A DNA stretch of 63,915 nt, counting the filler, from Octopus bimaculoides (Eukaryota): assembly GCF_001194135.2 (NCBI RefSeq). It is 5 parts of 5 records of this genome, joined end to end, with 100 filler letters (N's around TTAATTAATTAA, not from the genome) between each part and the next. Parts side by side here need not be neighbours in the genome. Positions count along the whole stretch, not along the records: positions 1 to 26,615 come from NC_068993.1; 4 more parts are not named here. One strand, given 5' to 3'. Positions 1 through 13,499 of the stretch are shown here, piece by piece. The notes under the pieces were generated by a model. That model worked only from the letters and a program-made list of their open reading frames with translations. It did not search any database and was not told the origin of the DNA. The position numbers were made by a program, and so were the translations under genes. Position 1 is the stretch's first letter, and each line of letters opens with the position of its first letter.

Positions 1-54
<54 letters not shown>

Positions 55-861
55 CTTCGCTTTGTTTTTTCGTCCGAAACAGAAAAATGAATGAATGAAA
101 CAACGATTTTCTTTCCTCTCTAACCTCCTCCTCCTCCTCCTCCTCTTCTTCTTCTTCTTCTTTTCCTTTTGTTAATTCTTTCACTTTTCGTTTGTATTTG
201 TTATATTTACTGTGTTTTTTTTATATATTTCTTCTTTCTTGTTTTGATTATTTGCTTTATTTGTTTGTGCGTATTGTTGATGTTATTGTTGCTGTTGTTG
301 TTGTTATTCTTTGTTCTTTTTTTTATTATTTGATTATTCGAAATCAAACGAAACACTATTGATATGATTGTATTCTAACATGATTTGCTCTAAATTTACT
401 CTCATCTTAATTCTCCGCCGCCACTACCGCCATCACCACCGCCGCCGCCACCACCGCCACCNNNNNNNNNNNNNNNNNNNNNNNNNNNNNNNNNNNNNNN
501 NNNNNNNNNNNNNNNNNNNNNNNNNNNNNNNNNNNNNNNNNNNNNNNNNNNNNNNNNNNNNNNNNNNNNNNNNNNNNNNNNNNNNNNNNNNNNNNNNNNN
601 NNNNNNNNNNNNNNNGTGTGTGTGTGTGTGGAATGGTAACCGCTTGAAGAAATGAAACTGTAGTCTGGATTGTTTCTATGTTGGGTAACATGGTTTCCGG
701 TTTCCTTTCTATTTGACTACATCCTGTCGCTACATCCTTTCACCATTCCATGTCACAGCTCAGTGTCACAACACCATGTCGTTGTCACAAAACCCATGTC
801 ACGGCCAGAGCCATCATAACAGCATTGTAGCACCACCCACCCACCCACCTCACCATTCCCG

Positions 862-1240
862 GGCAAATCACTGCACTGAGTCCTATAGCATATATTTATT
901 GACAGTAAGCTACTAAGTATATAGACCGGAACTGGACCCGCACACCCCTGACGCCGCCAGGCAAATCAATGCATTAACCCCTATTATATATAAATTCATA
1001 GTCAACAATCTACATGATGCATTGATCAGAAGTAGACTCCTAGACCCGTCATGACCTCTGGCAAATCAATACACTAAGATCTCTAGTATTATTCTCAGCA
1101 AGCTAAAGCATACATATGGAATCCTCTTGAGACCTTCGACTAAATCAGCGCACTGAGCCTTACGGTATATATTTACTGGCATTAAATTACTGCATATATA
1201 GATCACAATTTGGTCCCTAGACCCGTGAGGCCGCTAGTAC
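862..1240. repeat. Degenerate ~100-bp tandem array (about 4 units)
   Basis: GGCAAATCA(A/C)T.CA.T recurs at ~862, 960, 1060 and 1140; CCTAGACCCGT recurs at ~1040 and ~1217. Confidence 0.6.
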
Positions 1241-1244
1241 TTGA

Positions 1245-1628
1245 ATTGTACTTTATTTTATAAGCCACGAAAGGATGAAAGCCAAAACTGACCTCGGCAG
1301 GATTTAAGTTTAGCATGTAAAGAGTCGAAAGAAATGTCGCAAAGCATTTTGCCCGACGATCAAAAGTTTCTGCCAGCTCGCTGTCTGAAATATATATTTA
1401 ATTATTCTTTCTAGATTCAGCACAAGGCCTAGAATTAAATGGGTAGAGCTTGATCGATTACCTCGACCCCAGTACTCAGCTAGTACTTTATTTCATCAAC
1501 CCTGAAAGGATGAAAGCTCGACTTTGCAGTCGACCTCGGTGGAATTTAAACTCGGAACGTAAAGACGGAGGAAATGAGCTAAACATTTTGTCCGGCGTGT
1601 TAACGATTCTGCCATCTCGCTGCCTTTA
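1245..1628 (-). mobile_element. Two adjacent copies of tRNA-derived SINE family A
   Basis: Reverse complement of AAGGCGGCGAGCTGGCAGAATCGTTAGCAC...GAGTTCAAATTCCGCCGAGGTCGACTTTGCCTTTCATCC (B-box-like GAGTTCAAATTCC). Confidence 0.85.
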
Positions 1629-1939
1629 GTATATCTTCAATAATATCATCCTGCATGCTACTAAAAGACAGGACAGGCGATGTTGTAACATATTAACATT
1701 TTATCATAGGTCATTTCGATTAGTGTTGAACGAGACTAAACGACGACCACAACAACAATAGCAAGAACAATCACATATAATGTTAATTACTAGTCTTACC
1801 TTGATAAAGCTGATTACAAAATTACAAATAATTCACATACGAAGTTACGCTTTAGATAACAAAAGATTGTTCTGTGATAACGCTATGATGGCTGGAATAT
1901 TAGGATGACATTTATGTCTCAGGGCAAGCGATTGGGTTG

Positions 1940-2240
1940 TCATTAGATAATGGAGCTGACTGTATATAGGGCTGACTAAAGATTGTGATGACAAAGGATT
2001 GATGACAAAACACTGATGATAAAGAATTGTGATGAAAAAAAATGTAAGGACAAAATATTATGATGCAAAAGAACAACGAAGTCAATGATTGCGATGACAC
2101 AGCTTTGCAGTGACAAAAGATTGGGTTGACGAAATATTTGACTGAAGTTACAAACGATTGTGATGACAAGATATTCTGATGACAATAGACTATAACTACT
2201 GACTGCAAAAAGATTGTGATGACAGACAAATATAATAACA
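1940..2240. repeat. Degenerate minisatellite based on GATTGTGATGACAAAA
   Basis: Repeated TGATGAC/AAAAGATTG motifs. Confidence 0.65.
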
Positions 2241-4775
2241 AAAACTATTGCAAAAGGTATTTCGAAAACGACTTTTTAAGAATATATTTTAAGATATTTG
2301 ACCATCCGTATTTAAGGCTGAATCCTTTTGATGAATCTGCTATTTATGATTACCTTATCCACATCAAATGACTGGTAGGTTAGCAGTGTCTCGTCTCATT
2401 GTTATAGCGCCCTATATAAATATGGATGGATGGATGGATGGATGGATGGATGGATGGATGGATGGATGGATGGATGGATCATCAGAAGTTTTTTTTACCA
2501 TAGACGTTAATAATTATTCTTCATCAGATTATTTTATCAGCCTCCCTAAATAGCACTTATAGCACATATAATCATCAATGTTACCCTAAGTTTCTATTGT
2601 ACAATTCTTCAAATAATAGAATATATATAGATGCACCATTTTCTGTCTTAGATAGAATGAATGAATCACTCTTATACGTACCAGGAGACCGACAATCGTA
2701 CAGACACAATTGTTTGCAAGTCCTCCTGGGGTAGAAACTGTAGAGTTGGTGATTTATGAAACGGATATTGCTTGTGAAGTGTCATGGCTCCTGTTTCAAT
2801 CAATCACCGATAAAAAATTCTATAAGAAACGGTAATGATTATTTTCTAAAAGGACACTTTCTAAAAATAACGTAGTGTGATGATAATGAGGTGTGATGGA
2901 GAGAATGATAAGTATGACGGAAAGGTGTAGAAGGTGAAGTGTGAGTAACGTCCAAATATTTTGAATTCGGAATATTTCAGGTGATAAGAAAACATCTAAT
3001 ACCTAATATTTCGTGCTCTACTGACCCTTGATCAGAGAATGAGAAATAGTGAACAGTGTTGTTATTGTTCTTTAGCACCACGTCAAACTTGATCAAGCAA
3101 ATTTATCATCAAATACGTTCCAGTCGTGACCATTACGTATTTTAAAGTGTATCTGCGATTACATTACCCAACATGTCCTTCAGTTTTATGGTAGAGGGGA
3201 AGACATTTCGGAGTGTTTTGGCTTTTGTTTCAAGCAGCATTACTGGTCTAGCGGCTACATCGTTTTGATTTGAAATAGGGGATGTTTAGGCTTGTGTTCA
3301 GAGGTCAAAGGTCAGGAATCTGGTATCGGAGCCCCTTCATTAGACAGTATTCTGGAACAAAAAAAAATTATACATATTCTCTATCCTCATATTGCTCTGA
3401 TCTATTTCATGGCTTTCATTTGTAACAGCTGTATCGGTCCCTGCTTTTCCCTAGGAAATCATCCATGGCGCGGGCAGGGGATGGAACAATTTCTGGTATT
3501 CCATAAACAACACCTTGCCTACAATTTCGCCATGGAATGGACCTTAACAGGTGCAAATCCATTGTTTCACAAAACATACATGCACACCCGAAATATTTAA
3601 TTGAGAAATGAGACTACCCATCCATCCATGTCCATTCACTTCCATTAGTCTTGCCATATACCCTTATGTGAGCTCCCGTTCACCCTTATAAGGCTGCTCA
3701 TTCTAATATTTTCAATTCACTCATATCAAGCTGCTTATTCATTTTTACAAGAATACCCATCTGCAATAAAACTTTAAATCCACCCTTTACGGTTACTCTT
3801 CCAATCGTATACGAGTTCCCATCCACGCATATAAGAATACCCATCCATTTCTATATGACACACCATCCACCCCTACAAATCTGTCCGTCTACCCCTTTCC
3901 AACACCATAATTCTTCGGTTAAGCAGTATTTGCAGTATGATTGGTAAAACGTGCTACGCTATTAGGTTTCAGACGCTTAAGTTCGAGGTTCAAATCCCGC
4001 TTTTTACAAGGGTCAATAAAAGAAAAGAACCAGTCAAAGCACCCGTGCCACAGACTTATAATTATATATATATATTTATTGTATATCATTTATTTATTGG
4101 TTTGTCTATTTATTTGCTGCAAACGTTTTTCTTTTCTTTATTCTTTGTTATATTTCGGTGGTGGGTTATTCAGCTTTGTTTTGAGTTGGGGGTTATTATT
4201 ATTATTATTTTGTTTCTTTTTTTTTGTGCTTTTGTTTTTTTGTTCTTTTCGTTTAGGTTTTTTATTATGTTAGTCTAAGTGCTCATAGCTCATTAATTCT
4301 TAGAATGTCATTCTCGGTGCCTCACCATCAACCCTCACCCCTACCCACTCACATACACACACACCACCCTCGTCACCGCTCCCTGTCATACCCCTTTCTC
4401 CGTCACCGCCTCCACCTCTTCCCAGACTCAGTAGGCTGAGTGATAAGGATGACTATGTGAATTTGTCTTTATCTTAATAGTATCTCAGCATCATTTGTCT
4501 CCTCCTCCTCCTCTTCCTCCGCCTTCTCTTCCGTTTCTTTCTTTCTCTCTCTCTCCCTCTCTACCAATATTTTTATCACTTTCTCTCTGTAAATCATGAT
4601 CGTATCTTATCAACATCATCTTCAGTTGAAGTAAAGACAGTGTGGGTGGATGGGTGGGTGCGTGTCTGTGTGAGAGTGAATGAGGGAGGGATAGAGAGAG
4701 GTGTGTAGGTAAGCGAGTTAATCGTAGTCTGACACACACACATATGCACGCAAACATACACATATTACTATATGC

Positions 4776-4806
<31 letters not shown>

Positions 4807-5644
4807 TGTTTGTCTGCAGGCTAATATATACACACATATACATAAATACACCCATACACAATGCACATAGACTAAACACACACATGCACGGGCACACACA
4901 CACACATACACACACACACACGCGCATCTGGTAATACATAATAATATGTGAACTCAATCATTCTTGTAAATATACTGAAATACAAATACACACATATATA
5001 CACACATACATACACATACAAATATACATATACAGACATACGTGTGCATATATGAATGCATCCCAATACAGATTCATAAAACTGAATCAATCATTGCACA
5101 CGCATACAATCACACACACACACATAATCATACACAAACAATCTCTCACACACACACACACATAATCACACACATGTGTCACACAATCCCACGCACATAT
5201 ATACCTACATGCACACGCGTATATATACATAAATGCCTAATATAGACAAACGTTCACACATATATAATCAGAAGGACACACACACACACACATACATACA
5301 TACATACATACATACATACATACATACACACATAGGTACGGAAGCACACGCATACAGACACGAACATACCCGACTATATATCAACATATACATAAACCTA
5401 TTCAAATTCAGGTTTGCACACTTGCACACCAAGTCACAGATATGCATTAATGTATTCATACATATACATATATACACAGTATATATACATATATACACAG
5501 TAAGACATATAGAAAACCAAGAGATACATGCGTGCATACACACATACACAAAGTACCCTCTACACGTAAAGTGACAAACATAAATACATTTATATATGAT
5601 TATAAAGTCCAATCGATGTCTCTCTATATATATATATATATGTA

Positions 5645-5679
<35 letters not shown>

Positions 5680-8111
5680 NNNNNNNNNNNNNNNNNNNNN
5701 NNNNNNNNNNNNNNNNNNNNNNNNNNNNNNNNNNNNNNNNNNNNNNNNNNNNNNNNNNNNNNNNNNNNNNNNNNNNNNNNNNNNNNNNNNNNNNNNNNNN
5801 NNNNNNNNNNNNNNNNNNNNNNNNNNNNNNNNNNNNNNNNNNNNNNNNNNNNNNNNNNNNNNNNNNNNNNNNNNNNNNNNNNNNNNNNNNNNNNNNNNNN
5901 NNNNNNNNNNNNNNNNNNNNNNNNNNNNNNNNNNNNNNNNNNNNNNNNNNNNNNNNNNNNNNNNNNNNNNNNNNNNNNNNNNNNNNNNNNNNNNNNNNNN
6001 NNNNNNNNNNNNNNNNNNNNNNNNNNNNNNNNNNNNNNNNNNNNNNNNNNNNNNNNNNNNNNNNNNNNNNNNNNNNNNNNNNNNNNNNNCAGAGAGAGCA
6101 GGAGAGGCAATATATGATGTTGGTAGACGTGCAGGTGAAGGAGTCGGTGATGCGATAGGGTCGGTGATGGGTGCTGGTGAGGAGGGTGGTGTTGGAGAGG
6201 TAAGGGCAGGTGCGGCAGCGTGGGCGGGAGCAGGGGAACGAGCCAATATATATATATATATACATGCATACGTACATAGACACACATACATAAAGATAGA
6301 CAAACTGACAGACAGACTGATATATTGACAGTCAGACAGATCGGTATACGTACCAAATATATATGCAAGTGTAGTATATTGAATTACAAAACCATACACA
6401 GACAAGCGTCCGTGGATAGACAAAAACGCACACGCACGCACACACACATACACACACACATACACACACACAAACACACACACACACACAAACACACACA
6501 CAAAGACATACGCACGCGGAAACAAAGAGACACTCGCAAACGAGGTTACAGGAATACAAGAGTAGCAAAAACAAATCAATAAGATTAAAATGTATTAAAC
6601 TGAAACAATATATATGTAATTAGTTGTACTGAATAAACTCTCTCTTGAGTGGAACGCGGGCGCGGATGCGCGTGTGTGTATGTGTGTGTGTGTGTGTAGT
6701 TTTTCACCTGTTTCCCGTGCGTGTGCTTTTGAGCGCCAGTGTGTGCGTTTCAATGAATATATGATTTATACGTATTTTTGTATGTGTCTGTCTGTGTTTC
6801 TGTACGTACAATTATATATCTTTTCATCTGTGTATGTGTGTATGCGTGGGGGAGGTTTATTGTATATTATTGTATACTCACGTTCATATTGTATTTGTGC
6901 GCGTGTATGTTTATATATAGAGTTTTATATACATATGTATATGAAAGAATATAAGTAAATATGTGTGTGTGTTTATGTTAACTTATGACTACACACGCAT
7001 AAGTTATATACATATATATACTTATATATATNNNNNNNNNNNNNNNNNNNNNNNNNNNNNNNNNNNNNNNNNNNNNNNNNNNNNNNNNNNNNNNNNNNNN
7101 NNNNNNNNNNNNNNNNNNNNNNNNNNNNNNNNNNNNNNNNNNNNNNNNNNNNNNNNNNNNNNNNNNNNNNNNNNNNNNNNNNNNNNNNNNNNNNNNNNNN
7201 NNNNNNNNNNNNNNNNNNNNNNNNNNNNNNNNNNNNNNNNNNNNNNNNNNNNNNNNNNNNNNNNNNNNNNNNNNNNNNNNNNNNNNNNNNNNNNNNNNNN
7301 NNNNNNNNNNNNNNNNNNNNNNNNNNNNNNNNNNNNNNNNNNNNNNNNNNNNNNNNNNNNNNNNNNNNNNNNNNNNNNNNNNNNNNNNNNNNNNNNNNNN
7401 NNNNNNNNNNNNNNNNNNNNNNNNNNNNNNNNNNNNNNNNNNNNNNNNNNNNNNNNNNNNNNNNNNNNNNNNNNNNNNNNNNNNNNNNNNNNNNNNNNNN
7501 NNNNNNNNNNNNNNNNNNNNNNNNNNNNNNNNNNNNNNNNNNNNNNNNNNNNNNNNNNNNNNNNNNNNNNNNNNNNNNNNNNNNNNNNNNNNNNNNNNNN
7601 NNNNNNNNNNNNNNNNNNNNNNNNNNNNNNNNNNNNNNNNNNNNNNNNNNNNNNNNNNNNNNNTATAATACGTGTATGTATGTTCATCTCTGAGTACATG
7701 CACCGACTCCTGCTACTGCTGCTGCTGCTGCTGCTGCTACCGCCGTTGTTATTTAGTACTTTATCAAAATAAGAATAGAAAAATATTATTCACAAGAGGA
7801 TTTTTACCGAACTTGTCATCAGATATAACAGGTGTTATAATATCGATATTCATTGATAATATTTTTCTATTTGCAATACACACTGGTCCTCATTCTTCAA
7901 CCAGCACCTGTCTACATACAACACCCACCGCTAATATACACACCGCTGCACGTGCGCGTACACGTTTGGTTGTATATTCGTAATTCTAGCAAGACTTGAA
8001 GTGATATTCGTTGTTTGAGTTTTCCTGTTACTTACACGTCCTTCACAACGAATTAGCAATCCGAACGAATGAATAAACTTTACTGTCTACTTTACGTTTT
8101 TTTTTTCCTTT

Positions 8112-8300
8112 CATTTGTTTCAGTCATTGAACTGCGGCCATGCTGGAGCACTGCTTTGAACTATGTGTATAAGTTTTCAGTCAACCCTGAATGTACAGAC
8201 AAATTCAAGCAACTTGTCTTAACGCAGAATATCTTATTGGGCAGAAAGAGATGGATAAATTGATCGAGTTTCATTCCTATATTGGGATTTCATCAGCGGC
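8112..8300 (-). mobile_element. Decayed SINE family C
   Basis: TTGTTTCAGTCATTGAACTGCGGCCATGCTGGAGCAC. Confidence 0.7.
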
Positions 8301-8553
8301 CGTGTTTCTTCCTGTTTAAGTGCTTCACCATCCCCACCCCAGAGACACCGCTTTTAAAGCCACTATTACAAAGGGCTTAATTAATTTAGATAGACTAATT
8401 TGCCAATAGAACTCATTCTCGATAGCTAACTCGATAGATTACTTCTACGTTACGATTATTATGCTACAATTTTACAGACTTACACACATACATACACACA
8501 TACATACATATTCATGCGCATGTACATACATGTGCGTATGTATGTATATGTAA

Positions 8554-8601
<48 letters not shown>

Positions 8602-9598
8602 ACAAACATACATACAACCATTGTATATACATCTATCTTTCTCTCTTTCTCCCTCTCTCTCTCTATATATATAAATATATCAATCTATTTATCTATCTCT
8701 ATCTCTCTTCATATATATATATATATATNNNNNNNNNNNNNNNNNNNNNNNNNNNNNNNNNNNNNNNNNNNNNNNNNNNNNNNNNNNNNNNNNNNNNNNN
8801 NNNNNNNNNNNNNNNNNNNNNNNNNNNNNNNNNNNNNNNNNNNNNNNNNNNNNNNNNNNNNNNNNNNNNNNNNNNNNNNNNNNNNNNNNNNNNNNNNNNN
8901 NNNNNNNNNNNNNNNNNNNNNNNNNNNNNNNNNNNNNNNNNNNNNNNNNNNNNNNNNNNNNNNNNNNNNNNNNNNNNNNNNNNNNNNNNNNNNNNNNNNN
9001 NNNNNNNNNNNNNNNNNNNNNNNNNNNNNNNNNNNNNNNNNNNNNNNNNNNNNNNNNNNNNNNNNNNNNNNNNNNNNNNNNNNNNNNNNNNNNNNNNNNN
9101 NNNNNNNNNNNNNNNNNNNNNNNNNNNNNNNNNNNNNNNNNNNNNNNNNNNNNNNNNNNNNNNNNNNNNNNNNNNNNNNNNNNNNNNNNNNNNNNNNNNN
9201 NNNNNNNNNNNNNNNNNNNNNNNNNNNNNNNNNNNNNNNNNNNNNNNNNNNNNNNNNNNNNNNNNNNNNNNNNNNNNNNNNNNNNNNNNNNNNNNNNNNN
9301 NNNNNNNNNNNNNNNNNNNNNNNNNNNNNNNNNNNNNNNNNNNNNNNNNNNNNNNNNNNNNNNNNNNNNNNNNNNNNNNNNNNNNNNNNNNNNNNNNNNN
9401 NNNNNNNNNNNNNNNNNNNNNNNNNNNNNNNNNNNNNNNNNNNNNNNNNNTATATAGGGCACACAACTGTTCACATCTTCATGGTGTAATATATGGGATA
9501 ACTAAACACAACAGTCACATCACGTGACTTTGGCCGTCATATTGTCCTTTAGCTTCTCTTCATATTTTTTTTTGCAATGTAATAAGGGCAAATTGTAG

Positions 9599-9685
9599 GT
9601 ACCGAAGTGACTAAAACCGTAGTGTGGTCGCTTGAGGACGGCGCGGATCTGCATATCCTGAAGTCTTCCAAAAACCACAGAGCTG
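9599..9685 (+). CDS. Candidate isolated exon, weakly WD40-like
   Basis: TAG|GT ACC...AGA GCT G|GTATGT, 87 nt, phase 1-1, reads TEVTKTVVWSLEDGADLHILKSSKNHRA. No partner exons identified. Confidence 0.25.
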
Positions 9686-9729
9686 GTATGTCGATGTAAT
9701 CGATTTATCTTTTTCTCTAATTTCCAACC

Positions 9730-9734
9730 ACCAC

Positions 9735-9790
<56 letters not shown>

Positions 9791-9921
9791 CCACTATCAT
9801 CGGTCATAATCATCATAGGTCATCATCATCATTAACATCATCGGTTATCATCATCACTATCATCATCACCATCATCGGTCATCATCACCACCATCCTCAC
9901 CACCACCATCATCGGTCGTCG

Positions 9922-9957
<36 letters not shown>

Positions 9958-10062
9958 CTATCATCATCATCATCACTATCATCATCATCATCAACATCAT
10001 CATCACCACCATCATCACCATCACCACCATCGGCCATCATCATCATCATCATCATCATTATC
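9730..10062. repeat. (CAT)n and (CAC)n trinucleotide array
   Basis: Directly visible; explains the poly-Asp and poly-Met ORFs. Confidence 0.95.
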
Positions 10063-10067
10063 GTCTT

Positions 10068-10770
10068 AAGGACTGTCCGAAATGCGAGCAAAGTGATGAA
10101 ATGCAAGCTCATGTGTCGTGTCCCAGTATTGCTGAGTTGTGCAGTTATGTGGGACAGCTGCTGCCGCGAGTACGACAAATGTCACTGGCGACCGAATCCA
10201 TCGTGAGCATCGACCTTCCGGTTTACTTTAACAAGACAAGGAGGCGGTGTTCCTCTGTCTAGTGGCTACGGCGAAAGAGGCTGTGTGTTGGACGAGGCTG
10301 ACCGAAAGGATTAAGAACAGACACTCTCCTCTTCACTCAATCCCTCCTGACTATTTGGAGAACGGAAAGTGAAAGTAACGAGGGAAGAGTTACCCACCAC
10401 CACCACTTTCTCCTCCACCAGTCAAAATTGCGAAAAGGTAGGTGACTACGGCAAAACATGATTAGGATGAACGGGCTTGCTCTATGCATGAATCTGTAGA
10501 TTGTAGGGCAACAGTTGGGCGACAACTTGTGCCTTTGGTGATCAGGATAATCTTGAATCTATAGAGTTCCTTGATTGGCCCTACTTTGAGGTGCTCCTGT
10601 CTCAGGACGATAGTATCATAGATATGCAGTTATATTTTTGTATGCTATATATACTTTTAACTCATTCAATATTCGTTTCCTTTTCTTTCATCTTCTAAGT
10701 AAGCCCGCATGCAACTTGTAAACTATCCTTGTGATATCCCCCAACTCTAATGTCCCTACGTCAAATAAAG
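10068..10770 (+). mobile_element. L1/Tx1-like LINE 3' fragment (ORF2 C-terminal Cys region and 3' UTR)
   Basis: DCPKCEQSDE..AHV.CPSIAELCSYVGQLL...ESIVSI, frameshift, then AVFLCLVATAKEAVCWTRL. AATAAA near 10765. Confidence 0.65.
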
Positions 10771-10789
10771 AAATCAACTTTATTACAAT

Positions 10790-10828
10790 TATAGTTATCA
10801 TCATTATTATTAGTATTATTGTTGCTAC

Positions 10829-10918
<90 letters not shown>

Positions 10919-10930
10919 CATTGTTGTTAT
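10790..10930. repeat. (ATT)n array
   Basis: Directly visible. Confidence 0.95.
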
Positions 10931-11462
10931 TGAACAGTGTCCAAGCGAAGTGTTAGCGCGAGTCCTATTATTGTCAATTTTGGCTGCCTTTGTTTTTAAA
11001 TGAATAATTAAGCCAACTAAATTAGATTTTGATTATGNNNNNNNNNNNNNNNNNNNNNNNNNNNNNNNNNNNNNNNNNNNNNNNNNNNNNNNNNNNNNNN
11101 NNNNNNNNNNNNNNNNNNNNNNNNNNNNNNNNNNNNNNNNNNNNNNNNNNNNNNNNNNNNNNNNNNNNNNNNNNNNNNNNNNNNNNNNNNNNNNNNNNNN
11201 NNNNNNNNNNNNNNNNNNNNNNNNNNNNNNNNNNNNNNNNNNNNNNNNNNNNNNNNNNNNNNNNNNNNNNNNNNNNNNNNNNNNNNNNNNNNNNNNNNNN
11301 NNNNNNNNNNNNNNNNNNTGTATGTATGCACACACACTCTAATATACACGCTTATATACACACACACATACATATATGTGAATATACTTATATATATAAT
11401 ATATGTTTTGTATATGTTTGCATGTGTGCATATATAGATAGAAAGATAGATAGATAGATAGC

Positions 11463-11495
<33 letters not shown>

Positions 11496-11614
11496 GCGTA
11501 CGTATATAGATAAATGCAAATTTATTTGTATGTATATATATATATGTGTATATATATATACAAATACTTATATACATATATGCATATAGGTCTACACACG
11601 TAAGTGCGTCAGAT

Positions 11615-11657
<43 letters not shown>

Positions 11658-11688
11658 TGTCTGTCTGTGTGTATGTGCATGTATGCAT

Positions 11689-11806
11689 GTACGAGGCTCA
11701 CTGCCTCATGAAGGTCGCTGCTAGCTCTCACTGCGCACGCAACCGTGTGCTGCCATCTGTTGGCACACTAGAAAACTAGTCAGCGAACTTTTTGATACCA
11801 CCTCGT
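11689..11806. mobile_element. Mariner-derived MITE fragment
   Basis: Ends TACGAGG... and ...GAACTTTTTGATACCACCTCGTA, with an internal GCCATCTGTTGG motif. Confidence 0.55.
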
Positions 11807-11869
11807 ATACTCGATTCCAAAGCTCAACAATTTCTCGTTGCCTAATCATGCATTTGCAAAAAGGGATCA

Positions 11870-12135
11870 TTGGCACTCCGTCGGTTACGACGACCAGGGT
11901 TCCAGCTGATCCGATCAAGGGAACGCCTGCTCGCGAAATTAATATGCAAATAGCTGAGCACTCTACAGCCAAGCGTACCTTTAACGTAGTTCACAGGGAG
12001 AAAATGGGACATGGTTGGCCCTTTGCATACTCCTGGCAGCTGAGTGGATTGGAGCAACGTTCTTTCTCAAGAACACAATGCGCTGCCGGGAATCAAACTC
12101 AGCACCTTGCAATCGTGAGCCAGATATTCTAACGA
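11870..12135 (-). mobile_element. Older CORE-like SINE with the family B tail
   Basis: GGCACTCCGTCGGTTACGACG...CAGCTGAGTGGATTGGAGCAACG...CTCAAGAACACAATGCG. Confidence 0.8.
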
Positions 12136-12139
12136 CGAA

Positions 12140-12450
12140 ACAACGCGCCTTCACTGCTAATACTACAACCCTATGTAGAATACCACAAAGATACATAAGA
12201 CGATAAACTCTGGAGAATGTATTCCTTGCCAAATTGCAATCCAAAACTGACAAACACGTACAACACGTGTTATAAAGAATGAGAGTAAATAAAGATAAGA
12301 ATTTAACATTTTACAACTGGCGATGTCGATTGTATTAGTTACGACATTATGCCCCTAATCCTTGTTGCCTACAACAAACGCAAGAAAATATAAGAACCTA
12401 TATGGTCACTTCATCCAGAAGATGAAACCGTGAGGTTCTGGACCCGATGG
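12140..12450 (+). mobile_element. Probable Penelope-like GIY-YIG C-terminal fragment and 3' flank
   Basis: LCRIPQRYIRR*TLENVFLAKLQSKTDKHVQHVL* resembles the R..LE..FI....P.LN.Q end of PLE endonucleases. Followed by a very decayed CAGAAGA-GAAACC gtga GGTTC hairpin. Confidence 0.4.
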
Positions 12451-12521
12451 TAGACATACAGATCTTTTTATTTCAGTTTGAATATACAGAACACATTAGA
12501 AAATATAAACATCACGCACAC

Positions 12522-12562
<41 letters not shown>

Positions 12563-13007
12563 TGTGTATGTGTGTGTGTATGTGTGTGTACATGCGTGCG
12601 TTCGTATGTGTGTGTGTGTGTTTTTGTGTATTAATGTATCTACTTTCTGTCTCATTATGTCGATATATATTTATATCTATCTATCGAGATATATAAATGT
12701 ATGCGTGTGTGTGTGTCTAAGTATATTCAGAGAGAGACAAACAGAGAGAGACAAACAGAGAGAGAGTGACAGAGAGAGAGAGAGAGAGAGAGAGATGGGT
12801 GCACATGAGATATATATAAAACACTGACATACGTTTCACGTGACACATTTTCACTCGTCCAGAAAAAATACGCGAGGCATTTAACACAAAAGTGCTTAAT
12901 AAATAATTCAAATAAATTTAATTATTTTAAAGCAATGACACAGTTATGTGAAAAGTGGAACGGAAATTGATGAATATCTCATATAACTTGTGTGTGTGAG
13001 TGCGTGA

Positions 13008-13076
<69 letters not shown>

Positions 13077-13499
13077 CGTGAGTGCAAAGACAAAAGCACA
13101 CGTATATTTGTATTGCATACTATGTCTATTATACAAGCGTGCACATTCACATATATTGGTGTGTTTATGTGTATGTCTGTGCATATCATATTCGCATATA
13201 TTTCTTTACAAAAGTGAGGAATGACAGATTTATTAGCGAAACGAGACAAGCTAATCAGTCAAGACAATGACAGTTCAAATCCTGTTGTGTCACTGTGCCA
13301 AAACCATCGATTTCAACAGAAACTGCAATATCAGCAAAATCGAAATTACTGAGATCGTTCTACTGTAGGTACGGCTTGAACGAAGAATCAACTCCATATA
13401 TTTCATATGTCTTATATTCACTCTCCGAGGATAAAATGAATAGGTATGATTTACGAACCCATAATTTAAGCTACTTAGACTTATTATATATATATATAT

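Noticed and set aside
6110-6245. Gly/Ala-rich frame resembling a structural protein
   Set aside because: Decayed (GGT)n-like low-complexity sequence between a gap and (TA)n, with no splice signals.
9615-9665. Minus-strand phase-1 segment GYADPRRPQATTLRF* as the missing last exon of the PAN gene
   Set aside because: Weak acceptor, 19 kb away, across an artificial scaffold join, and no homology support.
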